Below, piece after piece: positions 17,224-26,106 of a DNA stretch of 27,706 bases. Location of the stretch: positions 1-27,706 of the forward strand of contig JAKQQL010000087.1 in assembly GCA_029564175.1 (NCBI GenBank), read 5' to 3'. The translations under genes were made by a program, and so were the position numbers. The DNA is from Candidatus Cloacimonadota bacterium (GTDB lineage: Bacteria > Cloacimonadota > Cloacimonadia > Cloacimonadales > WRIO01). Below the pieces are notes generated by a model that had not been told where the DNA came from, made no database searches, and worked only from the letters and a program-made list of their open reading frames with translations. Within the stretch, counting starts at the first letter, position 1, and each line of letters begins with the position of its first letter.

Positions 17224-19413
17224 TCACTCTCCAGTATAAAGACAATAAGTCTTAATAACTCCTTTTCCCTTTATCTCAAATAACTGCTCTTGTGTGAAAT
17301 TAAAATTATTTTTTACTAATTGATAGGTTGTCTCAGATATATTGATCTGCATAGGCAGGGAATTATTTTCAATACGACTGGTGGTATTGATTGTATCTCC
17401 AAAAATATCATAGATATATTTTTTTATGCCTACCACTCCACCCACGACTCTCCCAGTGTGAATGCCAATACGTATTGACCATTTGATTGTGTGGTTAATA
17501 TTTCTATTCTGAATATAATGAATCATGTCCAGAGCAGCTTGAACTATATTTTGGGCATGATCAGGATTTTCTTCAGGCATGCCACAAACCGCAAGGTAGG
17601 CATCTCCAATCGTTTTTATTCTTTCACAGTTATACTTTTCCATAATATGGTCGAAATTAGTAAACAAATCATTTAGTTCATTGATAACTACTTCAGGGTC
17701 GAGAATTGATGTAATCTGAGTAAAATTAACCAGATCAGAAAACATGACAGTTACATTGTCAAAACTCTGAGGAGTCGTTTTTCCTTTTTCTTTTAGCTCT
17801 TTTGCAATTTCTAGAGGTAAAATATTAAGCATTAATTGATCGGTCTTATTTTTTTCAGCTTGTATGACATGATTTGTTTGCTTTTGATTACGATATAGTA
17901 CTGTTATTAAAGCAGAGATGATTAAAGCTAAAATCAAACTGATGATTAAGAAGTTTCTCCAGTAAGTACTTTTAACAAGTTTTAACTCATTAATCTGCTT
18001 ATCTTTTCTAAGCATTGTATTCTCATTTTCTTTCTTTTCAGTATCATATTTAGTTTGAATTTCATTGATTCTGCTACTCAATTCAACATTGTAAAGAGAA
18101 TCTTTATAATCAAAGTAAGATTCGAAATATTTAAAGGCTTGTTTATAATCACCTTTTAACTGATAGAGTCTGACAATGGTTCCATAGTTAATAAGCGCGT
18201 GTTGTTTATTTCTTGTTTCAATAGCGAGTAATCTTGCTTTATGAGCATAATCAAGTGCCAGATCATATTTTCCCTGAGATTTGTATAAATAGGCAAAATT
18301 ACTTAATGAGCTAGTTAAGCCCATTTTATTACCCATTTTATTGTAAATAGAGTATGCTTCATTGAGATGTTTTTTTGCAAGGTTATATTGCTCTATTGAA
18401 ATGTAAACCAATGCAATATTATTGTGGGTACTAGCAGCCCCAGCAGTGTCTTTGTATTTTAATTTAATATCCAGAGATTTCTTAAAATAGTATAAAGCCT
18501 GATTATAGTCTTTTAATTTTCTATAGATAATCGCAATATTGTTATAAGAAGAAGCTAAACGATAAGCATCAGGATCATTGGTATTTCTATATGAAATCCC
18601 TTTTAAGTAATATTCAAGCGCCTTAGATGTTTCATTGAGTGCATTATATACTGCCCCAATATTATTGAATATGTTACTCAGCCATATTGAATCTTTTTCC
18701 GCTTCTGCATACTTCATTGCTTTAAAGTGGTTTTCTAGACTGTTTTGAAAGTCACTTTTCTTCATGAGAATATTACCTATTGTAGAATAGCTCTGAATGA
18801 TGTCAGTTTTATTGTTTTTTGAAAGTCTGATTTTTAAAGAAAGTTTAGAATAGTTTAGCGCTTTATCATAATCACCTGAATCCATATTGCATATACTGAT
18901 TTTGGCATATAAATCACCAATCACTTTCATATTTTGGATTTTTTTCGCATAACTAAGTGAATTATCATAATATTCTATTGCTTTTTTTAAATTATTAAGT
19001 TTTTTTTGAATATCTCCTTTAATTTCGAAAATTTTAGATAATAAGGACATATTGCTAATTTTGCTAATATAGGCTTCTGTCATATTAATATGTTTGTCTG
19101 CTAAATCAACTTTGTTATTATCCAAATAGAATTCTGATAACAAACAAAGATAATAACACTCAGCAATCAGGTTATGCTCTTTTTCCGCTTTTTGTTTTAA
19201 CAATTTTGTCAGAGAATGAAAGATAATTGTATCAGATTTCATTGATTTTTGAGCATACCTTACTATTTCAGAAATTTGTTCATTTGATTTAAGATAAGGT
19301 AAGTTTTTTGTGAACTCAGAATACTTACTATTCTGAGAGTATAATTGGTTAGTTGAAATCAAAAAGATTAGTATTATTATCATTAAACTAAAGATAAAAC
19401 GTATATTTTTCAT
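17224..19413 (-). CDS. TPR-repeat class III adenylate/guanylate cyclase
   Basis: N-terminal hydrophobic leader, TPRs, one TM, then VMFSDLVNFT, IKTIGDAY, RIGIHTG and YDIFGDTINTTSRIE; Lys and Asp specificity residues suggest ATP. Confidence 0.94.
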   Translation of the reverse strand: MKNIRFIFSLMIIILIFLISTNQLYSQNSKYSEFTKNLPYLKSNEQISEIVRYAQKSMKSDTIIFHSLTKLLKQKAEKEHNLIAECYYLCLLSEFYLDNNKVDLADKHINMTEAYISKISNMSLLSKIFEIKGDIQKKLNNLKKAIEYYDNSLSYAKKIQNMKVIGDLYAKISICNMDSGDYDKALNYSKLSLKIRLSKNNKTDIIQSYSTIGNILMKKSDFQNSLENHFKAMKYAEAEKDSIWLSNIFNNIGAVYNALNETSKALEYYLKGISYRNTNDPDAYRLASSYNNIAIIYRKLKDYNQALYYFKKSLDIKLKYKDTAGAASTHNNIALVYISIEQYNLAKKHLNEAYSIYNKMGNKMGLTSSLSNFAYLYKSQGKYDLALDYAHKARLLAIETRNKQHALINYGTIVRLYQLKGDYKQAFKYFESYFDYKDSLYNVELSSRINEIQTKYDTEKKENENTMLRKDKQINELKLVKSTYWRNFLIISLILALIISALITVLYRNQKQTNHVIQAEKNKTDQLMLNILPLEIAKELKEKGKTTPQSFDNVTVMFSDLVNFTQITSILDPEVVINELNDLFTNFDHIMEKYNCERIKTIGDAYLAVCGMPEENPDHAQNIVQAALDMIHYIQNRNINHTIKWSIRIGIHTGRVVGGVVGIKKYIYDIFGDTINTTSRIENNSLPMQINISETTYQLVKNNFNFTQEQLFEIKGKGVIKTYCLYTGE

Positions 19414-19462
19414 ATTACAACCTCTTAAAGTATCATTAGCAAATTTTGAAAATTAAGTCAAG

Positions 19463-19493
19463 AAAAAAAGGCTCAGATTTAACTGAACCTTTT
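19463..19493 (-). terminator. Intrinsic terminator after the beta-propeller gene
   Basis: Minus strand AAAAGGTTCAG-TTAAAT-CTGAGCCTTTTTTT. Confidence 0.75.
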
Positions 19494-19515
19494 CACAGGA
19501 TTTTTTAGGAGCAGA

Positions 19516-20754
19516 TTACTTCAGGTAAGTAATCTTTTTTGTAATGCTTAAACCATTGTCAGATTTTACAATAACAAAGTAGATTCCATTTGCACAAATG
19601 TTGTTTTTATGATCTCGACCATCCCATTCTTCATTATCAAGGTTTTTTACTTTTTCACCTTTTAAATTGTAAATAGAGATATCTTTGATACTATTCCCTG
19701 ATGTTTTAATACGAATACTCGATTTGAAAGGATTAGGATAGGTTTCAATAAAGATTGGTTTTATGATTGATACATCAATCGTTGCAGTTGGATTGCTGAG
19801 TAAAGTTAAATCAATTGCGCCAATTCCCAAAGAAAAATCATGCAACAGGCTATCGTCTGTATTTAGATATTCAAGATGAGAGTTTGAAACCCAATTGCCT
19901 GTTTTTAAAACGAGTTTTTTGTTATTATCAAAGATGATTTTACTGCCTCCAGGGAGGTATGGATTTGTTGAAGAATAGATAATGTCTTTTGTTACTGAGT
20001 CATATACGAAAAAACCTGCACCCATACCATCAGCCAGATACACTTTATGATCAGGTGATTCTATGATTGAGTTTGGATACCCTCCAATAGAAAGAGTCTG
20101 ACTGATTTCTTTTGTATTTGGATTAATGACTTCTATTTTTCCGGTTTCAGCTGAATAGTTCCCTGTACACATAACATGTATATTCCCATCAGACCCTAAG
20201 ATCATTGCCTGAGGATTAGTTGAAACATTGATATCTGTTGTCTTAGTAAACGTATCTAAATTGATAACACTAATTTTACCCTGTAAATAGTCAGGATACT
20301 GAAACCCTGTATTAGCAACAAAAAGTTCATTTCCAACAATAATCATTCCTTCAGGGCTGGTTCCACTATATAATGAACTAATTTCGTCATTCATCATATT
20401 AACCCTGTATATACTTGAACTCATTAATCCACTGATGTATAAATAGTTGTCTTTTTTAATGAGATTCCAGGGATTGACAGAACTGTCCAATTGAATGGTT
20501 TTTAATACATTGCCGGTATCTTCGTCAATTTTTTGTACATTATTATCTCCAGAATTGACTACCCATAACTCGTTATCAGTAAAACAAACCTGATTGCCAT
20601 ACAATCCGATGTTAGCAAAACTGTTATTAACAATTTGGCTTTGTAAATCCAGTTTTGACAAAGTCTGGCTTCCTGAATTTAATACAATAACCTGCTGTGC
20701 ATTTAATCCAATAAAGATTAAACAGAACATCCATACCATGATTTTTTTTTTCAT
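19516..20754 (-). CDS. YncE/BtuG-like beta-propeller with C-terminal T9SS/FlgD-Ig type sorting domain
   Basis: Repeated blades (LWVVNSGDNNVQKID, ELFVANTG, GKISVIN); C-terminal YPNPF...ISIYNLKGEKV...WDGRD...GIYFV. Confidence 0.82.
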   Translation of the reverse strand: MKKKIMVWMFCLIFIGLNAQQVIVLNSGSQTLSKLDLQSQIVNNSFANIGLYGNQVCFTDNELWVVNSGDNNVQKIDEDTGNVLKTIQLDSSVNPWNLIKKDNYLYISGLMSSSIYRVNMMNDEISSLYSGTSPEGMIIVGNELFVANTGFQYPDYLQGKISVINLDTFTKTTDINVSTNPQAMILGSDGNIHVMCTGNYSAETGKIEVINPNTKEISQTLSIGGYPNSIIESPDHKVYLADGMGAGFFVYDSVTKDIIYSSTNPYLPGGSKIIFDNNKKLVLKTGNWVSNSHLEYLNTDDSLLHDFSLGIGAIDLTLLSNPTATIDVSIIKPIFIETYPNPFKSSIRIKTSGNSIKDISIYNLKGEKVKNLDNEEWDGRDHKNNICANGIYFVIVKSDNGLSITKKITYLK

Positions 20755-20768
20755 TTTTCCTCCGATTT

Positions 20769-22907
20769 TTATATATTTCTTCCAATTTTTAACATAATTT
20801 GCCAGTGAAAACCTGGTTCAGGGATATAGTCATATATTTCATAAGATTCATTAAGTATATTGTAAAATGAAGAGATTAGATTGAAATCAAACCCATAAGT
20901 AACCCATGTTAAAGAGGTATGACTATCCCATTTTTCATAAGCTGATAATGGCTTTTTTAACTGATCTCTGGTCGAAAACTGTTTTCCTGTTGCCTGATAT
21001 TCAATAGTTTGAGTGAGATACTTACTATTAAGAAGGTAAGATGCTTTCCATTGGTAAGTGGGTGTGTAAATTAAATCTTTGTTATAGAAATCTGCATTTG
21101 ATCCATCAGGATTTTTTGATTTGTCTTTGGCTATCGTGCGATTGTAAGAGAGAGAAATTGTATTTAGTTTAAAAAACTTGTATTTAAAAAGAGATTCGAA
21201 GTTTTGAATTTCTGCATCTGTAATATTACCCGGTTTCCATGCTTTTAAAGATCTGAACCAGTAAATCAGGTCTTTTGTATTGTTTTTCCAGTAGGACTGT
21301 TCAAAGGAAGGATTTTCTCCAATCCTGACGCCTGTTCTGTATCCTGCAGATGTCTCTGGTTTAAGATCAGGATTGCCTGTCGTCTGTGAATCCCCTTTCC
21401 AGTAAAGGTCATAAAAAGAAGGCAGTGAAAAGGAGGTACCATAATTGATATAGAATTCAGTTGAAACAAATGTATGATACTTGATGTTTTGTTCTAAGCG
21501 CCATGATAGATTTGTTTTAAATTCTTTATTGTAATCCATTCTGGTTGATGCCTGGCTTCTAAAGTCAAAGAGTTGATACTCATTTTCTTTGGAAAAACTT
21601 ATATATGCTGAATATGTCTCTCTGGAAAGCAAGGGAATTCCTGCGCTGGGTTTTAGTTTGTCTTTTGATTCAAAACATTCGGTTTTAAATTCAATGCCAT
21701 GCCGTAAATCGATAATTGGAAATGATTTCAAAAAAGAAGCTTTAGCTCCATTGATCCGTTGAAAATTCCTTGTATCTGCATGATAGAGCGGAATACTTGT
21801 TTTTAGATTTTTATAATTATTTCTATCAGTATTTGAATAGACAAGCCATTCCTGTGATGAATCAAAGAAATTACTTTTAAGATTGACGCTGTTTTTTACA
21901 GAATAACCTTTGATATTACTTCCCGCAAAAGCTTGTGAATAATTATAAGTACCAGGCAAATTATTGTTATAATTCAAATAGTTAAACTGATAATCAACCA
22001 TCAGATTAGATAAATGTATCTGAGATCCCAAACTTAGTTGTTGCTGTTCTTTGTGATTGTTTTTTCTAATATCTTCTTTTTTAAATTGCCGATTATAGAA
22101 AGTGAAATCATTATCTGTTTTCTGAATGGAGTAGCTTAAGTTCAGTTTAGACTTCTTTATTCCTGAATTCAAATTGAATGTATATTTTGATGAATCAAAT
22201 GACCCCGTAGAACTGCTGATGGATATTTTATTTTGTTCATTAAATTTTTTGCTTCGAATTTTGATGATTCCTGCAATACCGCCTGCACCAGATTCAATTC
22301 CTGCATTATTTTTTATGATTTCAATGGATTCGATTCTGTCGTTATTAATCAATGAAAGATCGACGTCTTGACCTGTAGGATTGAGGATAATACCATCCAA
22401 CATAACAATGGTATGTCTGGAAGAGTGTCCTCCAATGCTAAGGGTCTTTTTTTCTCCACCTAAATCCAAACCTTTTACCTGTAAACCTTGTTGATTATTT
22501 AACCAGTCAGCCATGCTGTTGAGATTTTTATGGTTAACATTGTCAATTTTAATTATTTCTCCAGAGCGGATCTGCTGAGAAATTTCTTCTTCTTTAGCAA
22601 TCACATTAATTGCTTTCATCTGATATTTATGTTGTTTGAGTATTATTTTTTTATTTTTGAGCATTTCTTTGTATGTAGCAGTGACTCCTTTGAAACCCAT
22701 TTTTGAAATCTGATATTCTGTGGAAGTTTGTTGTTGATTGATATAAAAATAGCCAAGACTATCACTCATGACAATATAATGCCCATCAGTTATAATTACA
22801 TCAGAGATACCAATATTTTGAGAATTAACAACCTGCATTCTAATAGAAGCAGCTGAAAGCATAAATGTCATAATCATATAAAAAAGGCATAATAACTCTT
22901 TTTTCAT
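20769..22907 (-). CDS. TonB-dependent receptor (BtuB-like) with N-terminal extension
   Basis: Plug motifs HTIVMLDGI and IESIEIIK; LPSFYDLY, GNPDLKPE and YNILNESY motifs; signal peptide. Confidence 0.9.
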   Translation of the reverse strand: MKKELLCLFYMIMTFMLSAASIRMQVVNSQNIGISDVIITDGHYIVMSDSLGYFYINQQQTSTEYQISKMGFKGVTATYKEMLKNKKIILKQHKYQMKAINVIAKEEEISQQIRSGEIIKIDNVNHKNLNSMADWLNNQQGLQVKGLDLGGEKKTLSIGGHSSRHTIVMLDGIILNPTGQDVDLSLINNDRIESIEIIKNNAGIESGAGGIAGIIKIRSKKFNEQNKISISSSTGSFDSSKYTFNLNSGIKKSKLNLSYSIQKTDNDFTFYNRQFKKEDIRKNNHKEQQQLSLGSQIHLSNLMVDYQFNYLNYNNNLPGTYNYSQAFAGSNIKGYSVKNSVNLKSNFFDSSQEWLVYSNTDRNNYKNLKTSIPLYHADTRNFQRINGAKASFLKSFPIIDLRHGIEFKTECFESKDKLKPSAGIPLLSRETYSAYISFSKENEYQLFDFRSQASTRMDYNKEFKTNLSWRLEQNIKYHTFVSTEFYINYGTSFSLPSFYDLYWKGDSQTTGNPDLKPETSAGYRTGVRIGENPSFEQSYWKNNTKDLIYWFRSLKAWKPGNITDAEIQNFESLFKYKFFKLNTISLSYNRTIAKDKSKNPDGSNADFYNKDLIYTPTYQWKASYLLNSKYLTQTIEYQATGKQFSTRDQLKKPLSAYEKWDSHTSLTWVTYGFDFNLISSFYNILNESYEIYDYIPEPGFHWQIMLKIGRNI

Positions 22908-23698
22908 AAACTCCTGCTGTTACTGTATAATAGGTTGGGTTTGTTTGTAATAGGATTATTAATAATATGAATATCAAGATTAAAGGTTTTCTGAATGATT
23001 TCTCTAGATATGATATCTGATGCATTCCCTTGAGCCAGGATTTCTCCATTCTTTAAAATGATGAGTTTATCACTGTATTCTATAGAAAGATTGATATTAT
23101 GGGATACTATTACAATGCTTTTATTTTGTTTTAAATGGATTTCCTGAAGCAATTGCATAATTTCTATCTGGTGATTAATATCTAAAAAAGATAAGGTCTC
23201 ATCCAGAAAGATGAATGGTGTTTCCTGTGCAAAAGCTCTTGCCAGCAAAACTCTTTGCTTTTCTCCACCACTGAGATGATTAAAAGATCTGTCCCTGAGA
23301 GATTCCACTTTAAACTGATGGCTGATTTCATCACATATCAGTTGATCCTTTTTGCTGAAAGATCCCCAATAATCTACCCATGGAAAGCGACCCATCAGGA
23401 TAATTTCTTTGACAGTGTAATCAAACTGCATATTGTGTTCTTGAGGAATATAAGCAAAAACCTTAGCAAAATCCTTATGGGATAACTGATGTATTAATAT
23501 TTTGTTTTTTTGTTGATGAAAATAGAATTCACCTGTTTCATAGGGAATCAGGTTTAACAGGGCTCTCAAGAGAGTTGATTTTCCTGCCCCATTTGGACCG
23601 ATGATAGAGATTATCTCTTTTTCTCCAATATGGAGCGAGATATTCTTTAAGATGTCCTTTTTTTCTAGTTTTACACTCAAATTGTTGATTTCAATCAT
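22904..23698 (-). CDS. Cobalamin/iron-siderophore ABC transporter ATPase (BtuD/FecE-like)
   Basis: Walker A GPNGAGKST, LSGGEKQRV signature, FLDE, LDINHQIEI. Confidence 0.95.
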   Translation of the reverse strand: MIEINNLSVKLEKKDILKNISLHIGEKEIISIIGPNGAGKSTLLRALLNLIPYETGEFYFHQQKNKILIHQLSHKDFAKVFAYIPQEHNMQFDYTVKEIILMGRFPWVDYWGSFSKKDQLICDEISHQFKVESLRDRSFNHLSGGEKQRVLLARAFAQETPFIFLDETLSFLDINHQIEIMQLLQEIHLKQNKSIVIVSHNINLSIEYSDKLIILKNGEILAQGNASDIISREIIQKTFNLDIHIINNPITNKPNLLYSNSRSL

Positions 23699-23770
23699 TT
23701 TTCTTTCTTTCTTAACTTAATGATATTCAAGAATATATATAATTTTAAAAAAAATACTTGCCAAAAAAGC

Positions 23771-23799
23771 TTGCAAATTCCTACTAAAATACTATGTTA
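23771..23799 (+). promoter_or_regulatory. Promoter with candidate Rrf2 autoregulatory box
   Basis: TTGCAA-16 bp-TATGTT overlapping AAATTCCTACTAAAATACTATGTTA, which resembles IscR/CymR-type boxes; AAGGAGG RBS follows. Confidence 0.5.
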
Positions 23800-23816
23800 T
23801 TAAGAAAGGAGGATCA

Positions 23817-24227
23817 ATGCAAATTACATCTAGAACAGAGTATTCCGTAAGAGCGCTTTGTGAATTATGCTTTAATCAGAAACCTCTGTCTCTGAGAAAG
23901 ATCAGTGAGGCTCAAAAACTACCGATAAAGTATCTTGAACAGCTGTTTAGACAGCTTAAACAACATGATTTGGTGTCAAGTGTGTCAGGTGCAAAAGGTG
24001 GCTATGTCCTCAACAGAAGTATAAAAGAAATCACTTTGCTTGATATCATTGAAGCAGTTGAAGAGATAAATGTCAGTATGGATTGTGATAAAAGAGAGAA
24101 TTCAGAGTATTGTATTGGTAAACCATGTGGATTTCATCAGGTTTGGCAGGAAATTCATGAACACATGAAATCTTATTACGCTAATATGAGTTTAGAATAT
24201 ATTTGTACCAAGATAAAGGAGAAATAA
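23817..24227 (+). CDS. Rrf2 family regulator, IscR-like
   Basis: YSVRAL, YLEQLF and GAKGGY motifs; three Cys plus His (C-x8-C-x4-C-x2-H). Confidence 0.93.
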   Translation: MQITSRTEYSVRALCELCFNQKPLSLRKISEAQKLPIKYLEQLFRQLKQHDLVSSVSGAKGGYVLNRSIKEITLLDIIEAVEEINVSMDCDKRENSEYCIGKPCGFHQVWQEIHEHMKSYYANMSLEYICTKIKEK

Positions 24228-25399
24228 TGGAACGCATTTATTTAGATAATTGTATGACCAGTAAACCAGATCCGGAAGTCATTGAGGCTATGATGCCATA
24301 TTATACAGAAAAGTATTTCTTTCCAGGGAATTTTGTTTCTACAGGGTCTAACATTCAACAGGATCTCGATGATTTTAAACAAACAGTAGCTGATTCGATG
24401 GGAGCAAAGGCAAACGAGATTCATTTTACCAGTGGTGGTACATCTGCCAACAACATCGGAATAAAAGGCTATTTAATGGCGAATTCTTCCAAGGGGACAC
24501 ATATTATTTGTTCAGTGATTGATTATCCGGATATTCTAACAAATGCAGCTTTTTTTGAAGATAGTGGATTTGATGTGACTTACCTAAATGCTGATTTTGA
24601 TGGATTTGTTGATCTGGATGAATTAAAATCCGCCATCAGGCCTGATACGATTATGGTAATGACCACATTTGCTAACCATGTGATGGGAACAATTCAACCG
24701 GTGAAGGAAATGAGAAAAATCATGGATGAATCAGGACATGATATTGCTTTGTTTGTTGATGCAGGTCATGCTTATGGTCGCATCGCAATTGATGTAAGAG
24801 AGTATGGTATTGATTTAATGAGCGTCAGTGCTCATAAGATACACGGACCTCAGGGGGTGGGTGCCTTGTATGTCAGGAATGGAATTCAAATCAGTAGTAC
24901 AAAACATGGGATTAATAGAATTGACGCTTTGGAAACAGGTTGTATCAGTATCCCTGCAATAGCCGGCTTTGCCAAAGCCGTTCAGCTTCAGTTTTCTGAT
25001 TTACAGGCTCATATTGCAAAAATTATATCTCTACGTGAAAGACTTTACAAAGGGATTAAAGAAAACATACCTCATATTCTCTTAAACGGACCGGAAGGTG
25101 ATAAACGTATTGCGCATAATCTGAATGTCTCTTTTGACTATATTGAAGGGGAAGCGATTATGATGATGCTGGATGTTCATTCAATTACGGTTGCAACTGG
25201 CAGCGCCTGTGCATCACAGGGTTTAAAGCCCAATTATATTTTAATGGCAACAGGCCGTAATTTCGTTCAGTCTCATGGTTCAATCAAGTTTACCTTAAGT
25301 CGTTACAATACCGAAGAAGAAATAGATTATGTTATTGAAAAACTAAGTCAAATTGTGGAAGAACTCCGTTCCCGCAGTCCATTGTATAAACAAAAATAA
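24227..25399 (+). CDS. Cysteine desulfurase-like protein (IscS/NifS group I) with atypical active site
   Basis: IYLDN, FTSGGT, SAHKIHGPQGVGALY and TGSACAS motifs; TAATG coupling with the Rrf2 gene and AAGGAG RBS. Confidence 0.9.
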   Translation: MERIYLDNCMTSKPDPEVIEAMMPYYTEKYFFPGNFVSTGSNIQQDLDDFKQTVADSMGAKANEIHFTSGGTSANNIGIKGYLMANSSKGTHIICSVIDYPDILTNAAFFEDSGFDVTYLNADFDGFVDLDELKSAIRPDTIMVMTTFANHVMGTIQPVKEMRKIMDESGHDIALFVDAGHAYGRIAIDVREYGIDLMSVSAHKIHGPQGVGALYVRNGIQISSTKHGINRIDALETGCISIPAIAGFAKAVQLQFSDLQAHIAKIISLRERLYKGIKENIPHILLNGPEGDKRIAHNLNVSFDYIEGEAIMMMLDVHSITVATGSACASQGLKPNYILMATGRNFVQSHGSIKFTLSRYNTEEEIDYVIEKLSQIVEELRSRSPLYKQK

Positions 25400-25418
25400 G
25401 ATAAATCAGGAGAGAAAA

Positions 25419-26042
25419 ATGCAGTATTCCCAGAAAGTTCTCGATCATTTTATGCACCCGCACAATGTGGGGAAATTAGATGATGCCAATGTTACCGCTA
25501 CAGAAGGCAGTCCTGCCTGTGGAGATCAGGTTACTTTTTATCTGAAAATCAATGAAGAATCTCATGTGATTGAAGAGATTGCTTTTCAGTCTTATGGCTG
25601 TGCTTCCAATATCGCTACAGCTTCAATTGTAACTGATCTGGTAAAAGGAAAAACGATTGAGGAAGCCAAGACCGTTTCATGGAAAGATGCCACCAATGAA
25701 TTGGATGGTTTACCTCCGGTTAAAATGCATTGTTCAGTCTTAGCCGTGGATACACTCAGACTGGCAATTAAGAAGTATGAATTGGAGCATGGTTTAAGAG
25801 AACCTGAACCTTTTACCAAAGAAACCATTATTGAGGAATTGCGTTCAGTAATCTATCCGAAAGCAGGAGAAGACATTATAACATTAAAGATGGTTAAATA
25901 TGTCAGGCTGGAAGAAGGAGTCGTTACGCTTGATCTGGATATTCCAAAGTTTGATGATCATCGTCAGGAAGTCGTGAATGAAGTTAGAGAACATCTTGAG
26001 AAGTATCCGGAAATAAAGGATATTCAAATTACTTTATCTTAA
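25419..26042 (+). CDS. iscU: IscU/NifU-N Fe-S scaffold fused to a DUF59 (FeS_assembly_P)-like domain
   Basis: YSQKVLDHF, PACGD, YGCAS and LPPVKMHCS motifs; ~75-aa C-terminal extension; AGGAG RBS. Confidence 0.9.
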   Translation: MQYSQKVLDHFMHPHNVGKLDDANVTATEGSPACGDQVTFYLKINEESHVIEEIAFQSYGCASNIATASIVTDLVKGKTIEEAKTVSWKDATNELDGLPPVKMHCSVLAVDTLRLAIKKYELEHGLREPEPFTKETIIEELRSVIYPKAGEDIITLKMVKYVRLEEGVVTLDLDIPKFDDHRQEVVNEVREHLEKYPEIKDIQITLS

Positions 26043-26052
26043 TTTCTAAAAC

Positions 26053-26080
26053 GGGTGCAGGATTTATTCTGCACCTTTTT
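26053..26080 (+). terminator. Intrinsic terminator of the isc-like operon
   Basis: GGTGCAGGA-TTTA-TTCTGCACC-TTTTT. Confidence 0.82.
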
Positions 26081-26106
26081 CTTTTAAACAACAAAAAGGA
26101 GAGAAT

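Noticed and set aside
23699..23816. Cobalamin riboswitch ahead of the ATPase-receptor genes
   Set aside because: Short, very AT-rich spacer with no B12-box or GGGAA/GCCACTG motifs
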